A DNA stretch of 35,001 bases from Malacoraja senta (taxonomy: Eukaryota): contig JAXLNO010004992.1 in NCBI GenBank assembly GCA_038087875.1, forward strand, positions 62,001 through 97,001. The letters are read 5' to 3'. Position numbers and translations under genes: made by a program. Of this stretch, positions 1 through 11,470 are shown piece after piece. Under the pieces are notes generated by a model. It worked only from the letters and a program-made list of their open reading frames with translations. It was not told the DNA's origin and did no database searches. The stretch's first letter is position 1. Every line of letters begins with the position of its first letter.

Positions 1-472
1 AGTACGGGTCTAAAACACAGTTAAAGTCTCCTCCTATTATAACATTTTGATAGTTTGACTCTGCAATTATGTTGAAAATTTTATTGAAAAAGTGGGGGTT
101 ATCAAAGTTAGGGGCATATATATTTACCAAAGTAAGTGGAGTGTCATGGATTTCTCCATTAACTATTAGGTATCTCCCTTCTATATCTGTTATAATATTC
201 TTTGCTTTAAATGGTATACCTTTTCTTATGATGATTGACGTGCCTCTAGATTTTGAAGTAAATGAAGAATGGTATGTTTGACCTATCCATTTCGCCCTCA
301 GTCTAACTTGATCCTGAGGTTTTAGGTGTGTTTCTTGTAGGAAGGTAATGTCAGAGTTGTACAGTTTCAGCTGAGCTAGTATCTTACCCCTTTTAATAGG
401 TTCGTTAATACCTCTTATATTCCAACTACAAAATGAGATTCCTCCTAGGTTCTTTTGTGTGGTGTCATGCAT
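1..472 (-). CDS. L1 ORF2 N-terminus (apurinic-like endonuclease), partial
   Basis: Manual translation from ATG at 472: MHDTTQKNLGGISFCSWNIRGINEPIKRGK...FLQETH...VNIYAPN...IIGGDFNCVLDP. No stop before position 1. The SWNIRG, LQETH, NIYAPN and GGDFN motifs are present. It is absent from the ORF track because it has no stop in the window. Confidence 0.93.
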   Translation of the reverse strand, partial: MHDTTQKNLGGISFCSWNIRGINEPIKRGKILAQLKLYNSDITFLQETHLKPQDQVRLRAKWIGQTYHSSFTSKSRGTSIIIRKGIPFKAKNIITDIEGRYLIVNGEIHDTPLTLVNIYAPNFDNPHFFNKIFNIIAESNYQNVIIGGDFNCVLDPY

Positions 473-1281
473 TTTGAATAATTATAGTACCTTTGAATCT
501 TGTGGTGCGTCCATATCCCAGGTCTTTAGGTATTGGGGGAGTTTTTGAATTATTAAATTTTGCTGGTATGTCCATTTTACGCTTATCACTAAACACAAAA
601 CACAAACAAGTGATTTTATGTGGTAAAAAAAAAACTAAAAAAGTGAGGCTAGTGTCTAATATAGTTGGCACTGTAGCGAGTGTCCCACCTGTAGGTGGGA
701 AAAAACCTTGTTTTGACTTCCATTGCGTTGTTACACAAATAGCTCCGCTCTCTTAGTTAATCATAACATATTAAAATATTAAAACGAGGCCTCACATTCA
801 GATATATAATACAATTTTACCCTGATATTTCCTTATAACATATATATATATCGGAGTTTAATTATTAAACCAATATTTTTGACTTCAATAAGAATCAACT
901 GTTGGTTGAAGGGGTTAACGAGACGTGCCCCTGGACATAAGCCAGGTGCTCGTTTCTCATCCCCTCCTCCCACTTATAGATAAGGTTACAAATTATTAAA
1001 AATTCATATTATTATGTTAGTTCATTATTTTTTCTTTTTGTTTTTGTTAGTATTCTAATCTAACCTACATAACTTGTTAGGTTGTTAATAGGATAAGTTC
1101 TTACAATTGGTTATAATATTTTAATCAATAAGCAATTATTTTCTGGTTTATATTCCAACTGTTCAGTTGTTTACACGTTTTGAACAGAAAATGTCCTTGA
1201 TTCAACATTCCAAAGATAACAGTGTAACTATCCCCAGACAAAGCATTGCTTTGAATAGTACAGATCTGCCAAAACTCCCTT

Positions 1282-1761
1282 TCATTTCTGTTTTTCAACG
1301 ATAGTTTGGGCATATTTGAATGCGTCTTCAGGCTTAACAAATGACTTTTCAAGACCATTAAAGGAAATACGCATTTTCGCGGGGTAAAAAACCCCAAATC
1401 TGGTCCCTTCTCTCCCTCTTAAAAGATCTTTAACCTTATCAAATTTGTTTCTTTTTTGCACAATTTCATACGGGTAGTCCCTGAATATCTTAATAGTGTC
1501 CTTGTCCATCCGCAGTTGTACACCGTATTTGATTTTGCTCATAACATATTCCAGTTCTACAGTATCCCAAAATTTCACAATAATATGTCGTGGATAAGCT
1601 TTTCCCGCACCAGATCTTGGTTTAAATCTTGGGACACGATGAGCCACTTCGATTTTCGGTTCCTTGGAAAGATTCAACAGTTGTTTCAACAAGCCCACGG
1701 CAAATTCACGTACCTGCTCCCCTTCTGCCCCCTCTGAAACACCAAGAATTCTCAAATTCTG
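1282..1761 (-). pseudogene. L1 ORF1p RRM plus C-terminal domain, 5'-truncated
   Basis: QNLRILGVSEG...IEVAHRV...PRHIIVKF...IKIFRDYP...FYPAKMRI matches the L1 ORF1 (Transposase_22-like) pattern. It abuts CR1 sequence at 1762. Confidence 0.88.
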
Positions 1762-2060
1762 AAGGGACAGAAGTTTAGGGGTAACATTAGGGGGAACTTC
1801 TTTACTCAGAGAGTGGTAGCTGTGTGGAATGAGCTTCCAGTGGAAGTGGTGGAGGCAGGTTCGATGTTATCCTTTAAAAATAGATTGGATGGGTATATGG
1901 ACGGGAAAGGAATGGAGGGTTATGGTCTGAGTGCAGGTAGATGGGACTAGGGGGGAGTTTTTATAATTAAAAAAAAAAAAAAAAAAAAAAAGTGTTCAGC
2001 ACGGACTTGAAGGGCCGAGATGGCCTGTTTCCGTGCTGTTATGGTTATGGTTATGGTTAT
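1762..2060 (+). mobile_element. CR1 LINE (family A) 3' end
   Basis: End of ORF2 (...LSAGRWD*), 3' stem-loop agcacgga...ggcc gaga tggcc...tccgtgct, and a (GTTATG)n tail. Confidence 0.92.
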
Positions 2061-2119
2061 AGACTCAAAAAGCTGGAGTAATTCAGCGGGACAGGCAGCA
2101 TCTCTGGAGAGAAGGAGTG

Positions 2120-2153
2120 GGTGACGTTTCGGTTCAAGACCCTTCTTCAGACT
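2120..2153 (-). ncRNA. Minimal hammerhead ribozyme motif (degenerate) in the Penelope terminal repeat
   Basis: Minus strand AGT-CTGAAGA-AGGGTCTTGAACC-GAAAC-GTC-ACC; stem II has a mismatch. Confidence 0.55.
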
Positions 2154-2709
2154 GGTTATGGATAAGGGAAACAAAAGATATAGGTGATGATGTAAAGAGA
2201 TAAAGAACAATGAATGGAAGATATGCAAAATATAACGATGAGATTAAACAGGCCATTGTTAGCTATTTATTAGGTGAAAACGAGAAACTAGTGTGACTTG
2301 GGTGGGGAGGGAAAGAGAGAGAGGGAATGCCAGGGCTACCTGAAGTTAGAGAAATCAACATTTCATACCACTGGGCTGTAAACTGCCCAAGCAAAATATG
2401 AGATGCTGTTCCTCCATTTTGCATTCATCCTCACTCTGACAATGGAGGAGACCTAGGACAGAAATGTCTGTGTGGGAATGGGAAGGAAAATTAAAGTTTT
2501 AGCCACCGAGAGATCAGGTAGGTTCAGGCAGATTGAGCGAAGGTGTTCAGCGAAACGATCGCCCAGTCTGCGTTTGGTCTCATCGATGTATAAGAGTCCA
2601 CATCTTGAACAATAAATACAGTAGATGAGGTTGGAGGAGGTGCAAGTGAACCTCTGCCTAACCTGAAAGGACTGTTGGGGTTCCTGGACAGAGTCAAGAG
2701 AGGTGGTAT

Positions 2710-3615
2710 GATTTGGATGAAGGGATTCAAAGTAACATTAGCAAATTTGCAGATGACACTAAGCTGGGTGGCAGTGTGAACTGTGAGGAGGATGCTATGA
2801 GAATGCAGGGTGACTTGGACTGGTTGGGGGAGTGGGCAGATGCATGGCAGATGAAGTTTAATGAGGATAAATGTGTGTCAAGTTGGGGAAAGGGGAAGTA
2901 CAACGGGATCTAGGGGTCTTTGTTCATCAGTTTATGAAAGTAAGCATGCAGGTACAGCAGGCAGTGAAGAAAGCGAATGGCATGTTGGCCTTTATAACAA
3001 GAGGAATTGAATATAGGAGCAAAGAGGTCCTTCTGCAGTTGTACAGAGCCCTAGTGAGACCACACCTGGAGTATTGTGTGCAGTTTTGGTCCCCTAATTT
3101 GAGGAAGGAGATTCTTGCTATTGAGGGAGTGCAGCGTAGGTTTACAATGTTAATTCCCGGGATGGCGGGACTGTCATATGCTGAGAGAATGGAGCGGCTG
3201 GGCTTGTACACTCTGGAGCTTAGAAGGATGAGAGGAGATCTCATTGAAACATATAAGATTGTTAAGGATTTGGACACGCTAGAGGCAAGAAACATGTTCC
3301 CGATGTTGGGGGAGTCCAGAACCAGTGGCCACAGTTTAAGAATAAGGAGTAAGCCATTTAGAATGGAGACGAAGAAAATTTTTTCTCAGAGAGTAGCGAG
3401 TCTGTGGAATTCTCTGCCTCAGAGGGCGAGGGAGGCTGGTTCTCTGGATGCTTTCAAGATAGGGCTCTGAAAGGTAGTGGAGTCAGGGGATATGGGGAGA
3501 AGGCAGGAACGGGGTACTGATTGGGGATGATCAGCCATGATCACATTGAATGGAGGTGCTGGCTCGAAGGGCCAAATGGCCTACTCCTGCACCTGTTGTT
3601 TTTTGTCTATTGTAT
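2710..3615 (+). mobile_element. CR1 LINE (family B) 3' portion nested in Penelope
   Basis: [26 protein letters not shown], and the 3' motif gggccaaatggcctactcctgcacc. Flanked by GTAT at 2706-2709 and 3612-3615, a candidate target-site duplication (TSD). Confidence 0.93.
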
Positions 3616-4712
3616 AGGTACCGGTGTTGCATCTTCTGCGGTTGCAGGGGAACGTATTGGGGAAGGGGTGGTTTAGGTGGGAAGGGGTGAGTTAACCAAG
3701 AAGGTGCAGAGGGAATGGTCTTTGCGGAAGGTAGAAAGGGGAGGAGATGGGAAAATGTGGCTAGTGGTGGGATCCCATTGGAGGTGGCGGAAATTTTGGA
3801 GGATTATGTGCTGTGTGTGGCGGCTGATGGGGTGAAAGGTAAGGACAAGGGTGGCTCTGTCTAAGTTGTGACTAGGGCGAGCCTCATCTATGATAGGGGA
3901 GGGGAACCCAAGTTCCCTAAAGAATGTGGACATCTCAGATTTCCTGGAATGGAATACCTCATCTTGGGCGCAGATGCAGCGTAGATGGACCAATTGGGAG
4001 TAGGGGATAGAGTCTTTGCATGAAGCAGGGTAGGGAGAAGTGTTGTCGAGATAGTTGTGGGATTCAGTGGGTTTGTAATAGATGTCTATCGATAGTCTAT
4101 TTCCCGTGATGGAGAATGTAAGATCAAGAAAGGGGAGGGAGGTGTCGGTGATTTTGATTGCAGGATGGAAATTAGTGGTGAAGTTGATGCTCCATGATTT
4201 CTGCATGGGTGCAGGAGGTAGCACCGATGCAGTCATCAATGTAATGGAGATAGAGTTCGGGGATAGGTCCTTGGATTCGAAGGAGGTTATTAAGAGTGAG
4301 AACCAGCTCCGCTAGGCGGTGTAGTGTTAGTAGAGGGAAATTGGATGGTTCTGCGGTCGAGGAAGAAACGGTGGACTTTAAGGCCTTCCTGGTGGGGCAT
4401 GGAGGTGTAGAGTGAATGAACGTCCATGGTAAAGATAAGGGGGTGGAGGCTCTGAAAGCAGAAGTCATTAAAGGGACGAAGGGATTGTGAGGTATCTTGG
4501 ACATAGGTTGGTACGGATTGGAACAGGGGGGGATAGGATGGTGTCGAAGTACGTGGAAATTATTTCAGTGGGACAGGGCAGTTGTGTTTATGGATTTTGT
4601 GGGGAAGTTCAAACCGGGCTGTGCGAGGCTGGGAAATTATAAGGTGTTAGGTGTCAGGTGTACGGCATAAAGATGTCAGAAACAAGAATAATGGAAAAGG
4701 TATACGGTCTAC

Positions 4713-5211
4713 CTTGCTTGAAGTCCTCAGATATTTCTTTGAATGTGGTGTTGAACGAAACAGGGCAATGAAACTTTTCAATCGGCAAGGCTTCATTTAC
4801 CACCGACAGTGGTTTGGCTTCATCACGAACCCTGGAAATATCTAACAGCTGGTTATAAACCGAGGATTAGAAATGTTTTGAGTTGTTCCACAAAAACGTA
4901 CAATGTTTCCATCAAGACAATGTCCTACCTTCGCTTGCGCCCAGCTTCTTCCTGAAATAAATAAAACACAAATCTCAATTGATTGAGATGGACCATCCTC
5001 ATCCCAACACCGGGAATTTCTCCAAATTTCTGTAACCCTCTGATAATTCCCATTTCCCAACTCTTATCACCACTGTCATGCAGACAGAAAGCGGATAGAG
5101 CCGCCGAGATGTGGAACGATGGGGGAAAACACAAGGAATGTTCATGAGAATAACGGCATAACTGAGAGGATGGAACTTACTGAAAAGACTGGGCAGGTCG
5201 TGGGATTTCAT
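4713..5211 (-). other. Candidate coding exons of an unidentified gene, copy 1 (5181-5211, 4929-4951, 4713-4848)
   Basis: Boundaries: ctccag|ATG...TTTCA|gtaagt; atttcag|GAAG...GAAG|gtagga; ataaccag|CTG...CAAG|gtagac. They join in frame as MKSHDLPSLFRRSWAQAKLLDISRVRDEAKPLSVVNEALPIEKFHCPVSFNTTFKEISEDFKQ. No homology search was possible. Confidence 0.4.
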
Positions 5212-5265
5212 CTGGAGAAGATGTCAGGCATGATTTTTATTTATTTTTTATTTTATTAGAAGTAT

Positions 5266-6122
5266 TGTAGCGGCACCTAATGGTTAGGCCACTCCTCCTA
5301 TGCGAACCCTCGGCAACCCTGGGAAAGAGTCACGAGATATATTGGGTGTGTCCCAGTATATAAGTCCTGACCTTCCCTCTCTCTTGTTCTCTGTCTCTGG
5401 CTCCTCCTCTGACTTCATGAGAGTGTCCTGCCACCGCAGCAGGAGCACAACCGAGCCCACGAGGCAACAGCCTCTCAACAACTACAACTGTTATGTTAGA
5501 GTGTTAAACCTCCATGTATTGTCAACTAAAAGGCCTGTCTCAAGAGTCTGCGGTCATTGGCGGTGATACAGGAAGTATCTACAGCTCGTGGACCGCCAGA
5601 GACCGCGGGGTTCGGTCAAACGCACACCGCCGGGGCCGTGCGGCGTTGGTCCCAACACCGCACGGTGCTCACAAAAAGTCAACAATGTCTAAAAATAATT
5701 TCCTACCGCACAGCGGCCGCCAGTGAGGCACGAGTGCGGCACGGTCTCCGCCACTGCCGCCGCCAGTGCGGCACGAGCGCCGTGAGTCGAACTTTCACCG
5801 CCACAGCCGCCGCCAGTGAGGCACGTGTGCGGCACGGCCACCGCCACAGCCGCCGCCAGTGAGGCACGTGTGCGTCACGTCCGCCGCCATAGCCCCGCGA
5901 TCCGAAAGACGTCATCGCGTGATGACGTCATCACCCGACGCCGCAAGCTAGTGGAACGAGCCGTACGGAGAATACTCGGCCCCCGCACAGCATCCGCGCG
6001 GCGCTCTCGTGGTTGCCGTGCGGTCCCCTCTTCCGGCGATGCCGCGCTTCACCGCCAATGACCGCAACACCGTGAGACAGAGCCTTTACAATGCCTGAAT
6101 AAACCATCCTGTTATTCACGAC
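5266..6122 (+). mobile_element. LTR (probably Gypsy-type), 3'-clipped, interrupted by a MITE
   Basis: Starts TGTAG, TATATAA at 5357, AATAAA at 6098 after removing the MITE. The second copy continues into a primer-binding site (PBS). Confidence 0.6.
5530..6086. mobile_element. Non-autonomous DNA transposon (MITE, Harbinger-like termini)
   Basis: TIRs of about 38 bp with a perfect 18-bp core, TGCGGTCATTGGCGGTGA (5549-5566) and TCACCGCCAATGACCGCA (6049-6066). Internal GC-rich repeats of about 36-39 bp. No transposase. Confidence 0.8.
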
Positions 6123-8800
6123 GCAGAGAAGGGAAGCACTCGGACCCAAAATGTAGGGGAGAAAGAAGAAAAAGATAATAAACAGAGAATAAGTGGTGGT
6201 GGGTTTCTTAAATGTGTATATTTTAATGCTAGGAGCATTGGAAGAAAGGTGGATGAGCTTAGACCCTGGATTGACACCTGGAAGTATGATGTTGTGGCGA
6301 TCAGTGAAACATGGTTGCAGGAGGGCTGTGATTGGAAACTAAATATTCCAGGATTTCGTTGCTTCAGGGGTGATAGAATTGGAGGGGCAAGAGGTGGGGT
6401 GTTGCATTGCTTGTCAAGGAAGATATTACAGCAGTGCTTTGGCAGGATAGATTAGAGGGCTCGTCTAGGGAGGCTATTTGGGTGGAACTGAGAAATGGGA
6501 AAGGTGTAGCAACACTTATAGGGGTGTATTATAGACCGCCAAATGGGGAGCGAGAATTGGAAGAGCAAATATGTAAGGAGATAGCAGATATTAGTAGTAA
6601 GCACAAGGTAGTGATTGTGGGAGATTTCAATTTTCCACACATAGACTGGGAAACACATTCTGTAAAACGACTGGATGGTTTGGAGTTTGTAAAATGTGTG
6701 CAGGATAGTTTTTTTCAGCAACCCATAGAGGTACCTACTAGAGAAGGGGCAGTGCTGGACCTCCTGTTAGGAAATGAGACAGGGCAGGTAGCGGAGGTGT
6801 GCGCCGGGGAGCACTTCGGGTCCAGTGATCACAATACCATTAGTTTCAATATAATTATGGAGAGGGTCAGAACTGGACCTAGGGTTGAGATTCTTGATTG
6901 GAGAAAGGATAACTTTGAAGAGATGCGAAAGGATTTAAAAGGAGTGAATTGGGACATGTTGTTTTCAGGGAAGGATGTAGAAGAGAAATGGAGGACATTT
7001 AAGGGTGACATTTTAAGAGTACAGAATCTTTATGTCCCTGTTCGGTTGAAAGGAAATAGTAAAAATTGGAAAGAGCCATGGTTTTCAAGGGAAATTGGAC
7101 ACTTGGTTCGGAAAAAGAGATCTACAATAATTATAGGCAGCATGGAGTAAATGAGGTGCTTGAGGAGTATAAAGAATGTAAAAAGAATATTAAGAAAGAA
7201 ATTAGAAAAGCTAAAAGAAGATATTCCCTGGGACATTGAGGGAAGTTAGTGTAGAAATAGCAGGGGCTATGACAGAAATATTTCAAATGTCATTAGAAAC
7301 GGGAATAGTGCCGGAGGATTGCCGTACTGCGCATGTTGTTCCGTTGTTTAAAAAGGGTTCTAAGAGTAAACCTAGCAATTATAGATCTGTTAGTTTGACG
7401 TCAGTGGTGGGCAAATTAATGGAAAGGATACTTAAAGATAATATATATAAGCATCTGGATAAGCAGGGTCTGATTAGGAACAGTCAACATGGATTTGTGC
7501 CTGGAAGGTCATGCTTGACTAATCTTCTTGAATTTTTCGAAGAGGTTACTATGGAAATTGATGAGGGTAAAGCAGTGGATGTTGTCTATATGGACTTCAG
7601 TAAGGCCTTTGACAAGGTTCCTCATGGAAGGTTGGTTAAGAAGATTCAATTGTTGGGTATTAATGGTGGAGTAGCAAGATGGATTCAACAGTGGCTGAAT
7701 GGGAGATGCCAGAGAGTAATGGTGGATGGCTGTTTGCCAGGTTGGAGGCCGGTGACTAGTGGGGTGCCTCAGGGGTCTGTGTTGGGTCCACTGTTGTTTG
7801 TCATGTACATCAATGATCTGGATGATGGTGTGGAAAATTGGATTAGTAAGTATGCAGATGATACTAAGATAGGTGGTGTTGTGCATAATGAAGTCGATTT
7901 TCAAAGTCTACAGAGAGATTTAGGCCATTTGGAAGAGTGGGCTGAAAGATGGCAGATGGAGTTTAATGCTGATAAATGTGAGGTGCTACATCTCGGCAGG
8001 ACAAATCAAAATAGGACGTACATGGTAAATGGTAGCGAATTGAGGAATGCAGTTGAACAGAGGGATCTAGGAATAACTGTGCATAGTTCCCTGAAGGTGG
8101 AATCTCATGTAGATAGGGTGGTAAAGAAAGCTTTTGGTGTGCTGGCCTTTATAAATCAGAGCATTGAATATAGAAGTTGGGATGTAATGTTAAAATTGTA
8201 CAAGGCATTGGTGAGGCCAATTCTGGAGTATGGAGTACAATTTTGGTCGCCTAATTATAGGAAGGATGTCAACAAAATAGAGAGAGTACAGAGGAGATTT
8301 ACTAGAATGTTGCCTGGGTTTCAGCAACTAAGTTACAGAGAAAGGTTGAACAAGTTAGGTCTTTATTCTTTGGAGCGCAGAAGGTTAAGAGGGGACTTGA
8401 TAGAGGTCTTTAAAATTATGAGCGGGTTAGACAGAGTGGACGTGGATAAGCTTTTCCCATTGAGAGTAGGGAAGATTCAAACAAGGGGACATGACTTGAG
8501 AATTAAGGGACAGAAGTTTAGGGGTAACATTAGGGGGAACTTCTTTACTCAGAGAGTGGTAGCTGTGTGGAATGAGCTTCCAGTGGAAGTGGTGGAGGCA
8601 GGTTCGATGTTATCCTTTAAAAATAGACTGGATGGGTATATGGACGGGAAAGGAATGGAGGGTTATGGTCTGAGTGCAGGTAGATGGGACTAGGGGGAAG
8701 TTTAAAAAAAGAAAAAGAAAATTTTTTATTTAAGTGTTCGGCACGGACTTGAAGGGCCGAGATGGCCTGTTTCCGTGCTGTTATGGTTATGGTTATGGTT
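6123..8800 (+). mobile_element. CR1 LINE (family A), 5'-truncated, ORF2 EN+RT with frameshifts and an internal deletion
   Basis: FNARSI, ISETW, GVYYRPP, GDFNFP, SDHN, SGVPQGSVLGP and YADD motifs, plus the 3' stem-loop and (GTTATG)n tail. Confidence 0.97.
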
Positions 8801-8861
8801 CTAGATTCAAAAAGCTGGAGTAATTCAGCAGGACAGGCAGCATCTCTGGAGAGAAGGAGTG

Positions 8862-8895
8862 GGTGACGTTTCGGTTCAAGACCCTTCTTCAGATT
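8862..8895 (-). ncRNA. Minimal hammerhead ribozyme motif (degenerate), duplicate copy
   Basis: CTGAAGA-AGGGTCTTGAACC-GAAAC-GTC on the minus strand. Confidence 0.5.
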
Positions 8896-9451
8896 GGTTA
8901 TGGATAAGGGCAACAAGAGATATAGGCGATGATGTAAAGAGATAAAGAACAATGAATGGAAGATATGCAAAATATAACGATGAGATTAAACAGGCCATTG
9001 TTAGCTATTTATTAGGTGAAAACGAGAAACTAGTGTGACTTGGGTAGGGAGGGAAAGAGAGAGAGGCAATGCCGGGGCTACCTGAAGTTAGAGAAATCAA
9101 CATTTCATACCACTGTGCTGTAAACTGCCCAAGCAAAATATGAGATGCTGTTCCTCCAATTTGCATTCATCCTCACTCTGACAATGGAGGAGACCTAGGA
9201 CAGAAAGGTCTGTGTGGGAATGGGAAGGAAAATTAAAGTTTTAGCCACCGAGAGATCAGGTAGGTTCAGGCAGACTGAGCGAAGGTGTTCAGCGAAACGA
9301 TCGCCCAGTCTGCCTTTGGTCTCATCGATGTATAAGAGTCCACATCTTGAACAATAAATACAGTAGATGAGGTTGGAGGAGGTGCAAGTGAACCTCTGCC
9401 TAACCTGAAAGGACAGTTGGGGTTCCTGGACAGAGTCAAGAGAGGTGGTAT

Positions 9452-10358
9452 GATTTGGATGAAGGGATTCAAAGTAACATTAGCAAATTTGCAGATGACA
9501 CTAAGCTGGGTGGCAGTGTGAACTGTGAGGAGGATGCTATGAGAATGCAGGGTGACTTGGACTGGTTGGGGGAGTGGGCAGATGCATGGCAGATGAAGTT
9601 TAATGAGGATAAATGTGTGTCAAGTTGGGGAAAGGGGAAGTACAACGGGATCTAGGGGTCTTTGTTCATCAGTTTATGAAAGTAAGCATGCAGGTACAGC
9701 AGGCAGTGAAGAAAGCGAATGGCATGTTGGCCTTTATAACAAGAGGAATTGAATATAGGAGCAAAGAGGTCCTTCTGCAGTTGTACAGAGCCCTAGTGAG
9801 ACCACACCTGGAGTATTGTGTGCAGTTTTGGTCCCCTAATTTGAGGAAGGAGATTCTTGCTATTGAGGGAGTGCAGCGTAGGTTTACAATGTTAATTCCC
9901 GGGATGGCGGGACTGTCATATGCTGAGAGAATGGAGCGGCTGGGATTGTACACTCTGGAGCTTAGAAGGATGAGAGGAGATCTCATTGAAACATATAAGA
10001 TTGTTAAGGATTTGGACACGCTAGAGGCAAGAAACATGTTCCCGATGTTGGGGGAGTCCAGAACCAGAGGCCACAGTTTAAGAATAAGGAGTAAGCCATT
10101 TAGAATGGAGACGAAGAAATTTTTTTCTCACAGAGAGTAGCGAGTCTGTGGAATTCTCTGCCTCAGAGGGCGAGGGAGGCCGGTTCTCTGGATGCTTTCA
10201 AGATAGGGCTCTTAAAGGTAGTGGAGTCAGGGGATATGGGGAGAAGGCAGGAACGGGGTACTGATTGGGGATGATCAGCCATGATCACATTGATGGAGGT
10301 GCTGGCTCGAAGAGCCAAATGGCCTACTCCTGCACCTGTTGTTTTTTGTCTATTGTAT
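9452..10358 (+). mobile_element. CR1 LINE (family B) 3' portion, duplicate copy
   Basis: Same as 2710-3615, including the GTAT flanks. Confidence 0.93.
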
Positions 10359-11470
10359 AGGTACCGGTGTTGCATCTTCTGCGGTTGCAGGGGAACGTAC
10401 TGGGGAGGGGGTGGTTTAGGTGAGAAGGGGTGAGTTAACCAAGAAGGTGCAGAGGGAATGGTCTTTGCGGAAGGTAGAAAGGGGATGAGATTGGAAAATG
10501 TGGCTAGTGCTGGGATACCATTGGAGGTGGCGGAAATTTTGGAGGATTATGTGCTGTGTGTGGCGGCTGATGGGGTGAAAGGTAAGGACAAGGGTGGCTC
10601 TGTCTAAGTTGTGACTAGGGCGAGCCTCATCTATGATGGGGGAGGGGAACCCAAGTTCCCTAAAGAATGAGGACATCTCGGATTTCCTGGAATGGAATAC
10701 CTCATCTTGGGCGCAGATGCAGCGTAGATGGACCAATTGGGAGTAGGGGATAGAGTCTTTGCATGAAGCAGGGTAGGGAGAAGTGTTGTTGAGATAGTTG
10801 TGGGATTCAGTGGGTTTGTAATAGATGTCTATCGATAGTCTATTTCCCGTGATGGAGAATGTAAGATCAAGAAAGGGGAGGGAGGTGTCGGTGATTTTGA
10901 TTGCAGGATGGAAATTAGTGGTGAAGTTGATGCTCCATGATTTCTGCATGGGTGCAGGAGGTAGCACCGATGCAGTCATCAATGTAATGGAGATAGAGTT
11001 CGGGGATAGGTCCTTGGACTTGGAGGAAGTGGGAAGATTCGAAGGAGGTTATTAAGAGAACCAGCTCCGCTAGGCGGTGTAGTGTTAGTAGAGGGAAATT
11101 GGATTGTTCTGCGGTCGAGGAAGAAACGGTGGACTTTAAGGCCTTCCTGGTGGGGGATGGAGGTGTAGAGTGAATGAACGTCCATGGTAAAGATAAGGGG
11201 GTGGAGGCTCTGAAAGCAGAAGTCATTAAAGGGACGAAGGGAATGTAAGGTATCTTGGACATAGGTTGGTACGGATTGGAACAGGGGGGGATAGGATGGT
11301 GTCGAAGTACGTGGAAATTATTTCAGTGGGACAGGGCAGTTGTGTTTATGGATTTTGTGGGGAAGTTCAAACCGGGCTGTGCGAGGCTGGGAAATTATAA
11401 GGTGTTAGGTGTCAGGTGTACGGCATAAAGATGTCAGAAACAAGAATAATGGAAAAGGTATAAGGTCTAC

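Larger units (their letters stand above)
1..1761 (-). mobile_element. L1-clade LINE, 5'-truncated within ORF1, running off the left edge
   Basis: ORF1 C-terminal part at 1282-1761, AT-rich spacer at 473-1281, and an ORF2 APE endonuclease from 472 to the window edge, all on the minus strand. Confidence 0.93.
2061..4640 (-). mobile_element. Penelope-like element, decayed, interrupted by CR1 at 2710-3615
   Basis: RT YIDD motif, thumb DTSLPFLD/YKPT/IPYSQL, a GIY-YIG remnant, and the terminal repeat with a hammerhead core. Confidence 0.9.
8801..11398 (-). mobile_element. Penelope-like element (duplicate copy), interrupted by CR1 at 9452-10358
   Basis: DVHSLYTSIP, YIDD and PFLD/YKPT motifs; mirrors 2061-4640. 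Confidence 0.9.

Noticed and set aside
5266-5486. 222-bp solo LTR TGTAG...CTACA
   Set aside because: No TSD and no polyA signal in that span; the LTR continues past the MITE to AATAAA and the PBS.
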